From a virus, in the IMG/VR virus record IMGVR_UViG_3300043444_000140, positions 32,001 to 96,000 of that record: a DNA stretch of 64,000 nucleotides; one strand, given 5' to 3'. The notes under the pieces are model-generated. The model was not told where the DNA came from. It searched no databases and was given only the letters and a program-made list of their open reading frames with translations. The position numbers were made by a program, and so were the translations under genes. How positions within the stretch are numbered: the stretch's first letter is position 1; each line of letters begins with the position of its first letter. Below are positions 1 through 7,810 of the stretch, one piece after another.

Positions 1-59
1 CATATGTCTGGACAGTTGCCCAGGGATCCATGAAGGTAATTGAGGACGTGACCGACTAA
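1..59 (+). CDS. 3' end of a gene running off the window (…YVWTVAQGSMKVIEDVTD*), probable virion structural protein
   Basis: Open frame ending at TAA 57-59, overlapping the next ATG (TAATG). Confidence 0.5.
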   Translation, partial: YVWTVAQGSMKVIEDVTD

Positions 60-286
60 TGATTAGGACTACTCTAACTAGAACAGAGTATCCAATTTTA
101 AAAAGGTTGTCACAGTCTGAATATCCAAGAAAAGTAAAAATTTCTCAAAAGTCTATTAAAGTAAAAATCAACAATGATCTGCCATTTCGTGTTAAATTTT
201 TGCCAGGCATTGTGACTGGATCAAGCCCAACAAATCCAGCACCAATTGGTATCGCTATCGTTGGTGTGAATAATTATATTCTTTAA
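59..286 (+). CDS. hypothetical protein
   Basis: 75-aa ORF coupled to the upstream stop by a TAATG overlap. Confidence 0.6.
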   Translation: MIRTTLTRTEYPILKRLSQSEYPRKVKISQKSIKVKINNDLPFRVKFLPGIVTGSSPTNPAPIGIAIVGVNNYIL

Positions 287-290
287 TAAC

Positions 291-299
291 TGATATAAT
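291..299 (+). promoter_or_regulatory. extended -10 promoter TGATATAAT; probable leaderless transcript
   Basis: TGnTATAAT ends 7 nt before ATG 307; no SD. Confidence 0.6.
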
Positions 300-306
300 A
301 GTTTAT

Positions 307-744
307 ATGGCACGAGCAACCCTAGCACATGTGAAATCAAAGTTTGAATCTGGAGACAGACCTACTCAGGCTGACTATCTAGATCTCATTGATACCCTTG
401 TGCAACAGGCTACAGACTTGGGTTCTTCTGGAAACAATGAGAGTTCTGTTAGTGGAATTGAAAATCCAACTACAGTAGACTCCTATGACTGCACTACCTG
501 GCGTTTTGTCAAGTACATGGTCACAATTTCTAAAACATCCACAAGCCAGTTCTACGCCACAGAGATTTCTATACTTTTTGACGGCACAAACATTAACGTC
601 ACAGAGTACGGAACAATGGACAACGATGGGAATATGGGAACCATTAGCGTCTCTAGATCAGGAGATACAGTATCACTTATTGTAACTCCTGGAGCAATAA
701 AGCCAGTTACCGTTCGATTCGCTCGTATGGGACTTAAGGCATAA
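307..744 (+). CDS. virion structural/fibre-associated protein
   Basis: N-terminal KFESGDRPTQADYLDLIDT motif; C-terminal beta domain paralogous to the C-terminus of 759..2468. Confidence 0.65.
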   Translation: MARATLAHVKSKFESGDRPTQADYLDLIDTLVQQATDLGSSGNNESSVSGIENPTTVDSYDCTTWRFVKYMVTISKTSTSQFYATEISILFDGTNINVTEYGTMDNDGNMGTISVSRSGDTVSLIVTPGAIKPVTVRFARMGLKA

Positions 745-758
745 TCTAAGGAGATAAA

Positions 759-2468
759 ATGGCAACAGTAAACAAAGACTTTAGAATTAAAGCAGGTCTT
801 GTTGTTGAGGGAGCAAATGCTACCGTTAATGGCGAAGACATCATTACCACAGGAAGTTCGACAGACGACCTACAAGAGGGCAGTACTAATCTGTACTTTA
901 CCGCTCAAAGAGCAGCAGACGCAGTAGCAGATGAAATCAGTTCGGCAGTATCTACAGCGGTAGATGCACTAACTACAGATGTTATTGAAGAAGGAACAAC
1001 AAACCTTTACTTTACTAATGAACGTGCTCAGGACGCTATCGGGACCGCAATTACAAATGGAACTCAGTCTGGTATTACAGTAACCTATGATGACACAGAT
1101 GGTGAAATTGCCTTCACAGTTGCTGACCAGTGGACAGGTAAAACAACCGATGACCTATCCGAGGGTGCAACAAACCTCTACTTCACCAACCAGAGAGCAC
1201 TTGACGCAACTGCCTCTGCTTACGACGTAGCAGGTGCAGCATCTACAGCCCAGGCTGCAGCAGAAAGTTATGCAGACGGCGTAGCAACTAGTGCAGAAAA
1301 CGCTGCAAAGTTGTATGCTGACGGTCTTGCAGTTAACTACGATCCTGCAGGTTCTGCAGATGCAGCAGAGGCTGCAGCAAATACCTATGCAGACGGAGTT
1401 GCTCTTACAGCAGAAAACAATGCAAAGGGTTATGCAGATACAGTTGCTCTCACGGCAGAGCAGAGTGCTAAGTCATATGCAGACTCTCTTGCAACTAACT
1501 ATGATCCAGCAGGATCTGCCCAGACAGCAGAAACAAACGCTGCATCTTATACAGACACAGCAATTGCAAACCTAGTTGACGGTGCACCAGCACTACTTGA
1601 CACCCTTAACGAACTTGCTGCAGCAATTAACGATGACGCATCATTCGCATCAACAATTGCTACATCAATTGGCGAAAAGGTTTCTAAGTCTGGCGATACC
1701 ATGACTGGAGAACTTGTTCTTGCAGCAGACCCAACACAGGCTCTTGCAGCAGCAACCAAGCAGTATGCAGACTCTGTAGCATCAGATGCATACAATGACG
1801 CAATTGCAACTGCAGATGGAACTGCCCAGACCTACGCAAACACTGCAGAGAATAATGCAAAGTCTTACGCAGACACTAACTTTGTTAACGTTGCAGATCT
1901 GCCTGGACAGTTGGATGACTATGTTCCACTAACAGACAAGGGCACAGCAAACGGTGTAGCAACACTAGACAGCAATGGCTTCGTTCCATCTTCACAGTTG
2001 AACATTGACGTATCTGGAGACATCTCTACAGCAATCAACGCACTTACAACATCGGATATTGAAGAGGGAACAAACCTATACTTCACTGACGAACGTGCAA
2101 TTGATGCGGTATCAGCAGCAGATATCTATCCAAATGCAGTTATTGTTAACAACGTATCTAAGACTGTTGCAAACACCCAGTCTGTATCTACCGCTTCTAC
2201 CGTCTCTGGAATCACCTGGGCAAAGGCAGACTACAAGTCTGCAAAGTTGGTAGTAAAGGCAGCAACTGCAACACATTCACAGGTATCTGAGATTATGGTT
2301 ACCCTAGACTCTTCGGACAACGTAGCGATTACCGAATTTGGTATTGTTTACACCGACACAGAGTTGGCTACCGTTACCGCAGATGTTTCTGGTACTGATG
2401 TTCGTGTTCGTGTAACAACTCTAAACGCATCAACAACTGTAACTGTAGTTGGAACACTATTGATCTAA
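759..2468 (+). CDS. tail/head fibre protein with repeats
   Basis: SD AAGGAG; four TDDxxEGxxNLYFTxxRA repeats; Ala-rich NYDPAGSA/AKSYAD coiled-coil repeats; APALLDTLNELAAAI fibre motif. Confidence 0.75.
   Translation: MATVNKDFRIKAGLVVEGANATVNGEDIITTGSSTDDLQEGSTNLYFTAQRAADAVADEISSAVSTAVDALTTDVIEEGTTNLYFTNERAQDAIGTAITNGTQSGITVTYDDTDGEIAFTVADQWTGKTTDDLSEGATNLYFTNQRALDATASAYDVAGAASTAQAAAESYADGVATSAENAAKLYADGLAVNYDPAGSADAAEAAANTYADGVALTAENNAKGYADTVALTAEQSAKSYADSLATNYDPAGSAQTAETNAASYTDTAIANLVDGAPALLDTLNELAAAINDDASFASTIATSIGEKVSKSGDTMTGELVLAADPTQALAAATKQYADSVASDAYNDAIATADGTAQTYANTAENNAKSYADTNFVNVADLPGQLDDYVPLTDKGTANGVATLDSNGFVPSSQLNIDVSGDISTAINALTTSDIEEGTNLYFTDERAIDAVSAADIYPNAVIVNNVSKTVANTQSVSTASTVSGITWAKADYKSAKLVVKAATATHSQVSEIMVTLDSSDNVAITEFGIVYTDTELATVTADVSGTDVRVRVTTLNASTTVTVVGTLLI
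861..2108 (+). repeat. intragenic protein repeats (4x EGxxNLYFT, plus YAD/NYDPAGSA repeats)
   Basis: Seen directly in the translation. Confidence 0.8.
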
Positions 2469-2479
2469 AACACCACGAG

Positions 2480-2512
2480 AATACCCCCCATGAAATACTG
2501 GGGGGTATTTTT
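2480..2512 (+). terminator. intrinsic terminator
   Basis: AATACCCCCCA-loop-TGGGGGGTATT followed by a T-run; TGGTATAAT promoter directly after (2519-2527). Confidence 0.8.
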
Positions 2513-2546
2513 AATTAATGGTATAATTAGAACTTAGGAGAGCATT

Positions 2547-2804
2547 TTGACGACATCAAACAAAGACTTTAAGGTTAAAAATGGCATTGCCGTAGCAGGT
2601 AGTGGTACTTTTGGCGGACCAGTAGTCGTTGGATCTCCTACAGAACTAAACCATGCAGTTACATTAGAATATCTAGACGGATTACTGGCATCGCTAAACA
2701 TCACAAACGTAGATGGTGGAAACGTAGAAGGCGTTTCGGTGATTGACGGTGGAGACCCAGACACAACAGTTTGGGCTAGCACTCTAGACGGCGGTAATGT
2801 TTAA
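2547..2804 (+). CDS. small virion protein
   Basis: TTG start with AGGAG SD; N-terminus NKDFKVKNG resembles that of 759..2468; DGG repeats. Confidence 0.7.
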   Translation: MTTSNKDFKVKNGIAVAGSGTFGGPVVVGSPTELNHAVTLEYLDGLLASLNITNVDGGNVEGVSVIDGGDPDTTVWASTLDGGNV

Positions 2805-2862
2805 TAATTATGTTATAATTAATTTGTACGCATGGGTAGACCCCACTAGGAGATTTTAAAAT

Positions 2863-4449
2863 ATGGCACAAAGAATGCAGCAAAGAAGAGGAACTGCTTC
2901 TCAATGGACATCTGCTAATACCGTTTTGGCTGCAGGTGAGATTGGTTTTGAAACAGATACCAATCAGTTTAAGATGGGTGACGGAGTTACCGCCTGGTCT
3001 TCACTATCGTACTTTAAGAACTTTGAAGATCTAGATACTAGCGGATACATCAAGGATGAAGAGAAGGGTGCCAATAATGGTGTTGCTACTCTCGATGGCT
3101 CTGGAAAACTAACATCCTCACAACTACCAACAATTGACGAACTAGCACAAGATGCTATAAATACCGCAATTATTGCAGGTAGTGGAATTGTCAAGGATTA
3201 TGACGATACAGCCAACCAGATTACAATTGCCGTTTCCGAATCTATCTCTACAACACAATACGTAGACGACGAGATTTCAACACACAATGGTGTCACGACA
3301 AACGTGCATGGAATTGCAGACACATCTCTTCTGGTCACTACAGCAGGAACCCAAACACTTACAAACAAGACATTGTCTGCTGCAGACAACTCCATCACTG
3401 TAAATCTCGCTGACGTTGTTGATGTCACCGCCTCAGTATCAGAATTAAACATTTTAGATGGTGCAACGCTAACAACTACAGAACTTAACTACGTTGACGG
3501 GGTGACCTCAGCGATTCAAGACCAACTGGACGATAAGGCTAATCTTTCTGGTGCAACATTTACAGGTGACGTAACTGTAGAAACAAACATCATCGTTGAG
3601 GGAAACCTTACCGTTTCTGGAACAACGACCACAATAGATGTTACAAATCTAGACGTTACAGACCCACTAATCTATTTGGCTTCAGAGCAATACGATGCAG
3701 ACGTACTTGACATCGGTATTTTTGGTGCATATGGAGATTCAAATCCTGGACACGCACATACAGGTCTTGTCCGTGATGCATCTGACGGAGGTAAGTGGAA
3801 ACTTGTTTCTGGAGCATCAGAGCCAACAGCAAACGTAATTGACTTTACTGGAGTAACATATGACACGCTAAAGGTTGGAGCACTTGAGACTGCAGGTATT
3901 ACTGCAACTGGAGATGTAGACTTTACAGGTGCAACAGTGACTGGAATTGATGCACTTCCATCTCAAACTGGAAACAGTGGAAAGTATCTTACAACAGATG
4001 GCACAGATGCATCTTGGGCGACCTTAAATGCAAGCCCAGCACTTGACGACCTATCTGACGTAACAGTCACTTCAGCAGCATCTAGTGACGTTGTATACTA
4101 CAATGGCTCTGCTTGGGTGAACAAGTACGTTCAGTCAATTCCAACCCTTACAAATGGTCAGTCTGGAACATCGTATACCTTGGTTCTTGGAGATGCTGGT
4201 AAAATTGTCGAAGTTTCAAACTCTTCTGCAATCACTCTAACTATTCCAACTAATGCCGATGTCGCATATCCAGTAGGAACACAAATCACAATTCTTCAAA
4301 CAGGTGCAGGACAAATTACTGTGGCTGCTCCTTCTGGCGGTACTTTAAATGCTACTCCAGGAACTAAACTTCGTGCTCAGTGGTCATCTGCAACACTTCT
4401 AAAGAGAGCAACAGACACCTGGGTGCTGATCGGAGACCTGACAGCATAA
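2863..4449 (+). CDS. tail fibre protein with an Mtd_N-like N-terminal domain
   Basis: QQRRGTASQWTSANTVLAAGEIGFETDT..KMGDG N-terminus; fibre motifs (TQTLTNKT, ELNYVDGVTSAIQ); C-terminal ..TDTWVLIGDL domain. Confidence 0.75.
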   Translation: MAQRMQQRRGTASQWTSANTVLAAGEIGFETDTNQFKMGDGVTAWSSLSYFKNFEDLDTSGYIKDEEKGANNGVATLDGSGKLTSSQLPTIDELAQDAINTAIIAGSGIVKDYDDTANQITIAVSESISTTQYVDDEISTHNGVTTNVHGIADTSLLVTTAGTQTLTNKTLSAADNSITVNLADVVDVTASVSELNILDGATLTTTELNYVDGVTSAIQDQLDDKANLSGATFTGDVTVETNIIVEGNLTVSGTTTTIDVTNLDVTDPLIYLASEQYDADVLDIGIFGAYGDSNPGHAHTGLVRDASDGGKWKLVSGASEPTANVIDFTGVTYDTLKVGALETAGITATGDVDFTGATVTGIDALPSQTGNSGKYLTTDGTDASWATLNASPALDDLSDVTVTSAASSDVVYYNGSAWVNKYVQSIPTLTNGQSGTSYTLVLGDAGKIVEVSNSSAITLTIPTNADVAYPVGTQITILQTGAGQITVAAPSGGTLNATPGTKLRAQWSSATLLKRATDTWVLIGDLTA

Positions 4450-4970
4450 TGGCACTATCAATTGGTAGAGTAGCAGCATCAGTTAGAAAACGCTTTGTTG
4501 ACACGTTTACTAGAACCAATACGTCTGGCTCCCTGGGTACCGCTACCGATGGATCTTCTTGGAATGCCACAAAAGGAACATTTACTGTAGACACCAACAA
4601 GGCAAAGGCAGCAACTACCGACTATCAGATTGCAACTCAGTCAATGCCATACCCAAACGTTGACCTTACGATTAAGTCTGTAACACAGGGTACTGGTGCA
4701 GCATTGTGGGTTACAGACTCTGGCAATTGGTGGGCAGTTGGCACAGACACTGGAGCAGGACAGTCCTGCAACTGTCAAACATGTTCTAATGCGTCATACG
4801 ATCCTGGATACTATTATGCTGGAAACACAAACTATGTTTATTCATGCCAGACATGCTCTAGTTATGGATGTAGCACATGTTACAACGCTTATACATGTCA
4901 GACATGTTATAACGCAAGCAATGCGATCTACTACTATCAGTCTTCAAACGGAGCCTGCATGATGCAGTAA
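4449..4970 (+). CDS. N-terminal part of a Cys/Tyr/Asn-rich fibre-associated protein
   Basis: ATG 4449 overlaps the upstream TAA; beta-rich half-domain (DTFTRTN..GSLG) followed by CxxC repeats. Confidence 0.7.
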   Translation: MALSIGRVAASVRKRFVDTFTRTNTSGSLGTATDGSSWNATKGTFTVDTNKAKAATTDYQIATQSMPYPNVDLTIKSVTQGTGAALWVTDSGNWWAVGTDTGAGQSCNCQTCSNASYDPGYYYAGNTNYVYSCQTCSSYGCSTCYNAYTCQTCYNASNAIYYYQSSNGACMMQ

Positions 4971-4987
4971 GGGAAAGGTATAGAAAA

Positions 4988-5470
4988 ATGGGAAGAACTT
5001 GTCTTATTGGTTACAACGCTAGCAATCCGTATTCGTGCAATTGTAGCGGAGGTAACGCATACTCTTGTAACTGTTCAACAAATTATTACTCTTGTAACTG
5101 TGCCACTAACGTTTCTGGGTACAACTCTGTCTATGTTGCACCATCATATTATGCAGGATATACCTATAGTTGTAACTGTCAAACATGCTATCCAATTTAC
5201 ATAAGAGTAATCCAGTCAGCAGCATCTGTGATAAGCACAATAACAACATGGACACTAACTGCTTTAGCCCAATCACTGAGAATCAAGACAAACTCAAATC
5301 AGATTACCGTTCAGGCATTTTCAGACGACAGTCTAGTAACTCAGATTGGATCAGACCTGGTATACACTGGTTCTGGTGTAGTAGTAACATCAAACTATGG
5401 AATTGTAGTTTATCCATCTTCAACTTCCCAGGGTACTACCCTAGGAACAGTTGAGATTAATAAAAACTAA
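4988..5470 (+). CDS. C-terminal part of the same Cys-rich protein (split or frameshifted gene)
   Basis: CNC repeats mirroring the upstream ORF, then a beta-rich half-domain; frame open from 4913. Confidence 0.65.
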   Translation: MGRTCLIGYNASNPYSCNCSGGNAYSCNCSTNYYSCNCATNVSGYNSVYVAPSYYAGYTYSCNCQTCYPIYIRVIQSAASVISTITTWTLTALAQSLRIKTNSNQITVQAFSDDSLVTQIGSDLVYTGSGVVVTSNYGIVVYPSSTSQGTTLGTVEINKN

Positions 5471-5495
5471 TATATAATATATACAGGAGGAAAAT

Positions 5496-5732
5496 ATGTC
5501 AGAAAACTTACCAGTAGTACCGACACTAGATAGTGCGGTTCCAGTACCAAGAAACAACGACTATGACCTAGCAATGGTCATTGAGGGCGTAGTTTATGAG
5601 GTCATGAACGTAGATGGAAAGTCTGCAGCCAGATTCTTGGCACAGCCTACCTTTGTTCAGGTCGCAGCAAACTCAGTGTTTCCTGGATGGGTCTACAACT
5701 CAGACACTCAAACATTTTCGCAGCCAGAGTAG
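5496..5732 (+). CDS. small fibre-accessory protein (paralog of 6438..6818)
   Basis: SD AGGAGG; LAMVIEGVVYEVM..ARFLAQPTFVQV motif. Confidence 0.7.
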   Translation: MSENLPVVPTLDSAVPVPRNNDYDLAMVIEGVVYEVMNVDGKSAARFLAQPTFVQVAANSVFPGWVYNSDTQTFSQPE

Positions 5733-5763
5733 TGTATGATATAATCATATAGAGGAGTTCTAT

Positions 5764-6438
5764 ATGAAACTAATACACTTTTTTGCTAAAAAAGAATTTG
5801 ACGATTTAGGTCAGCCTTTACCGATGAAAAACGTTCTGCCAGACTGGTGGAAAAACGGTGAGGCTGATCTTTCGTCTGGTGAAGCAGGAATGAAAAAATG
5901 CATCCCATTCCTAGACGTAATGTTAAGTGGGTATACGCTTACCACACCGATCGATATTTTTGTATCTAAAAAAGAAGATGGATCTGTCCACGTATCGTGG
6001 AATGCAGAAAAGGGTCTTGCAGATTTTGTTGGAGACAGACCAGAAGAGTTGGGGAGAACTATTCCTAGACCAGCAGGTCACCTAGACACGCACTTTGTCT
6101 TTAAGGGGTTTTGGGGCTGGAAGGTTCCAAAGGGGTACTCTGTACTAGTTACCCACCCATTTAATAGATTTGATCTACCATTCACAACAATGTCAGCACT
6201 TATGGATAGCGACGAATTTTACCCACCAGGAAATATTCCGTTTTTCCTAAAGGACGGCTTTGTTGGTGTCATTCCTGCAGGAACGCCATTTGCACAACTG
6301 CTACCAGTAAAGAGAGACTCCTGGAAGATGATTGATAACAATCAGGGACTTATGGATTACCACCACATCCACAACGTTGTTAGAAAGCCAGGTAACTCAT
6401 ATAAGAAACTTATGTGGCACCGAAAGGAATACAACTAA
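5764..6438 (+). CDS. DUF6065-like (dUTPase-like fold) protein, copy 1
   Basis: KKCIPFLD..SGY; WKVPKGYSVLVTHPFNR; IPAGTPFAQLLPVKR. Confidence 0.6.
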   Translation: MKLIHFFAKKEFDDLGQPLPMKNVLPDWWKNGEADLSSGEAGMKKCIPFLDVMLSGYTLTTPIDIFVSKKEDGSVHVSWNAEKGLADFVGDRPEELGRTIPRPAGHLDTHFVFKGFWGWKVPKGYSVLVTHPFNRFDLPFTTMSALMDSDEFYPPGNIPFFLKDGFVGVIPAGTPFAQLLPVKRDSWKMIDNNQGLMDYHHIHNVVRKPGNSYKKLMWHRKEYN

Positions 6439-6818
6439 TGGCTAAGAAAAAGTTTGAAGAGAAAGATCATCTGCACAAGCATCAGCACAGCGATGGACCA
6501 GTAGTTATGTCTACGCTAGATCTTATTAAGTTGCTTCTTTTGAATAAGTTTGCTTTTGGACCAAAGGATCCAGTAGAGGATGAAGAGATTGAAGTGCTTA
6601 GAGAGCGAAAGACTCCAAAGAATGTTTCCATAAATCACATTGCCGTAATCTTAGACGGTCAGGTGCAGGAAGTTATCCGTGCAGAAAATAGGCTAGCAGC
6701 ACTACTTCTTAGCGATCCAGAATTTGTTGAGTTCGATGTTCACCAACAAGTTATGGTTGGAGACTATTTTTCAGACGGTAAGTTTATAAAGGGAGATTTA
6801 GATGGCAAAGAAGATTAA
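6438..6818 (+). CDS. small fibre-accessory protein with a His-rich N-terminus (paralog of 5496..5732)
   Basis: TAATG overlap; IAVILDGQVQEVI..ALLLSDPEFVEF. Confidence 0.7.
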   Translation: MAKKKFEEKDHLHKHQHSDGPVVMSTLDLIKLLLLNKFAFGPKDPVEDEEIEVLRERKTPKNVSINHIAVILDGQVQEVIRAENRLAALLLSDPEFVEFDVHQQVMVGDYFSDGKFIKGDLDGKED

Positions 6819-7500
6819 GTTTTACTCTACTAACACAAAGTTTGAACTAGAAAAGCCAGTACCAGCATCAAAGGCAGTTCCTCAATGGTTTAGGAAAATG
6901 AAAAATGTCAAAGATCACAACATGACAATTAAGAGATGTGTTCCAGTTCTAGATGCACTAACATCTGGATATATGATCACTCTGAATGCTGACATGATCT
7001 GGGATAACGAGTCTGAGTCATTCCTGACTAAATCAAAACTCCCTATGAACTCAGATCACATGCCAATGCAAACAGAAGACATGGATATCTCGGATGACCT
7101 TGCTCCACAGCCACACAAATGGCTAAACTATTGGTACATAAAGACACCACCAGGATACAGCACACTCTTTGTTCATCCACTCAACAGAACAGACCTACCA
7201 TTCCAAACAATTGCTGGTGTCGTGGATACTGACAAGCATCCAACTCCAGTAAACTTTCCATTCTTCCTGAAGAAGGGTTTCTTTGGCACTATTCCTGCAG
7301 GAACTCCGATAGTTCAAGCAATACCCTTTAAGAGAGATGACTGGAATGCCAAGATTATTGATCAAGGCAAGTCATACTCTTATCCAAAAGCATTTGAGTC
7401 CTTTAACCCACCTTTTGCGTGGTATAAGCGTAAGTGGTGGACAAGAAAGAGGTACTCTGTAGATAATACAAAAGAGGTAAACCTACATGACGAGCAATAA
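6802..7500 (+). CDS. DUF6065-like protein, copy 2
   Basis: KRCVPVLD..SGY; IKTPPGYSTLFVHPLNR; GVVDTD; IPAGTPIVQAIPFKR. Confidence 0.6.
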   Translation: MAKKIKFYSTNTKFELEKPVPASKAVPQWFRKMKNVKDHNMTIKRCVPVLDALTSGYMITLNADMIWDNESESFLTKSKLPMNSDHMPMQTEDMDISDDLAPQPHKWLNYWYIKTPPGYSTLFVHPLNRTDLPFQTIAGVVDTDKHPTPVNFPFFLKKGFFGTIPAGTPIVQAIPFKRDDWNAKIIDQGKSYSYPKAFESFNPPFAWYKRKWWTRKRYSVDNTKEVNLHDEQ

Positions 7501-7774
7501 ACTTCCAAAAGTTCCAAAACTTGTACCACCAACAAACGCAGAGCCAAAACTTAAGCCTGTCAGACCGTGGGATCTATTCAATAAAAATAAAGAGCGTGTT
7601 TCAAAAGACATTAAAGATGAAAGAATGTCTATATGCGAATCATGCCCATTCTTTATTCAATCAACAAAACAGTGTAAAAAGTGTGGATGTCTTATGCACT
7701 TAAAAACACAACTTGCAGATGCATATTGCCCTATGGGAAAGTGGCACCAAGTAGATCCTTCTTTTAAGGAATAA
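7487..7774 (+). CDS. small Cys-rich metal-binding protein (DUF6171-like)
   Basis: ERMSICESC..QCKKCGC..AYCPMGKW. Confidence 0.65.
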   Translation: MTSNKLPKVPKLVPPTNAEPKLKPVRPWDLFNKNKERVSKDIKDERMSICESCPFFIQSTKQCKKCGCLMHLKTQLADAYCPMGKWHQVDPSFKE

Positions 7775-7810
7775 GACTAGTAAGTATGGTAGAATTGACT
7801 AGGAGATCTC

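Noticed and set aside
4968-4970. Stop-codon readthrough or alternative genetic code joining the two Cys-rich ORFs
   Set aside because: The two ORFs are in different frames, and TAA, TAG and TGA all act as normal stops elsewhere in the window
2863-5470. Diversity-generating retroelement target (Mtd_N-like domain, Asn-rich region)
   Set aside because: No reverse transcriptase and no template/variable repeat pair differing at adenines in this window
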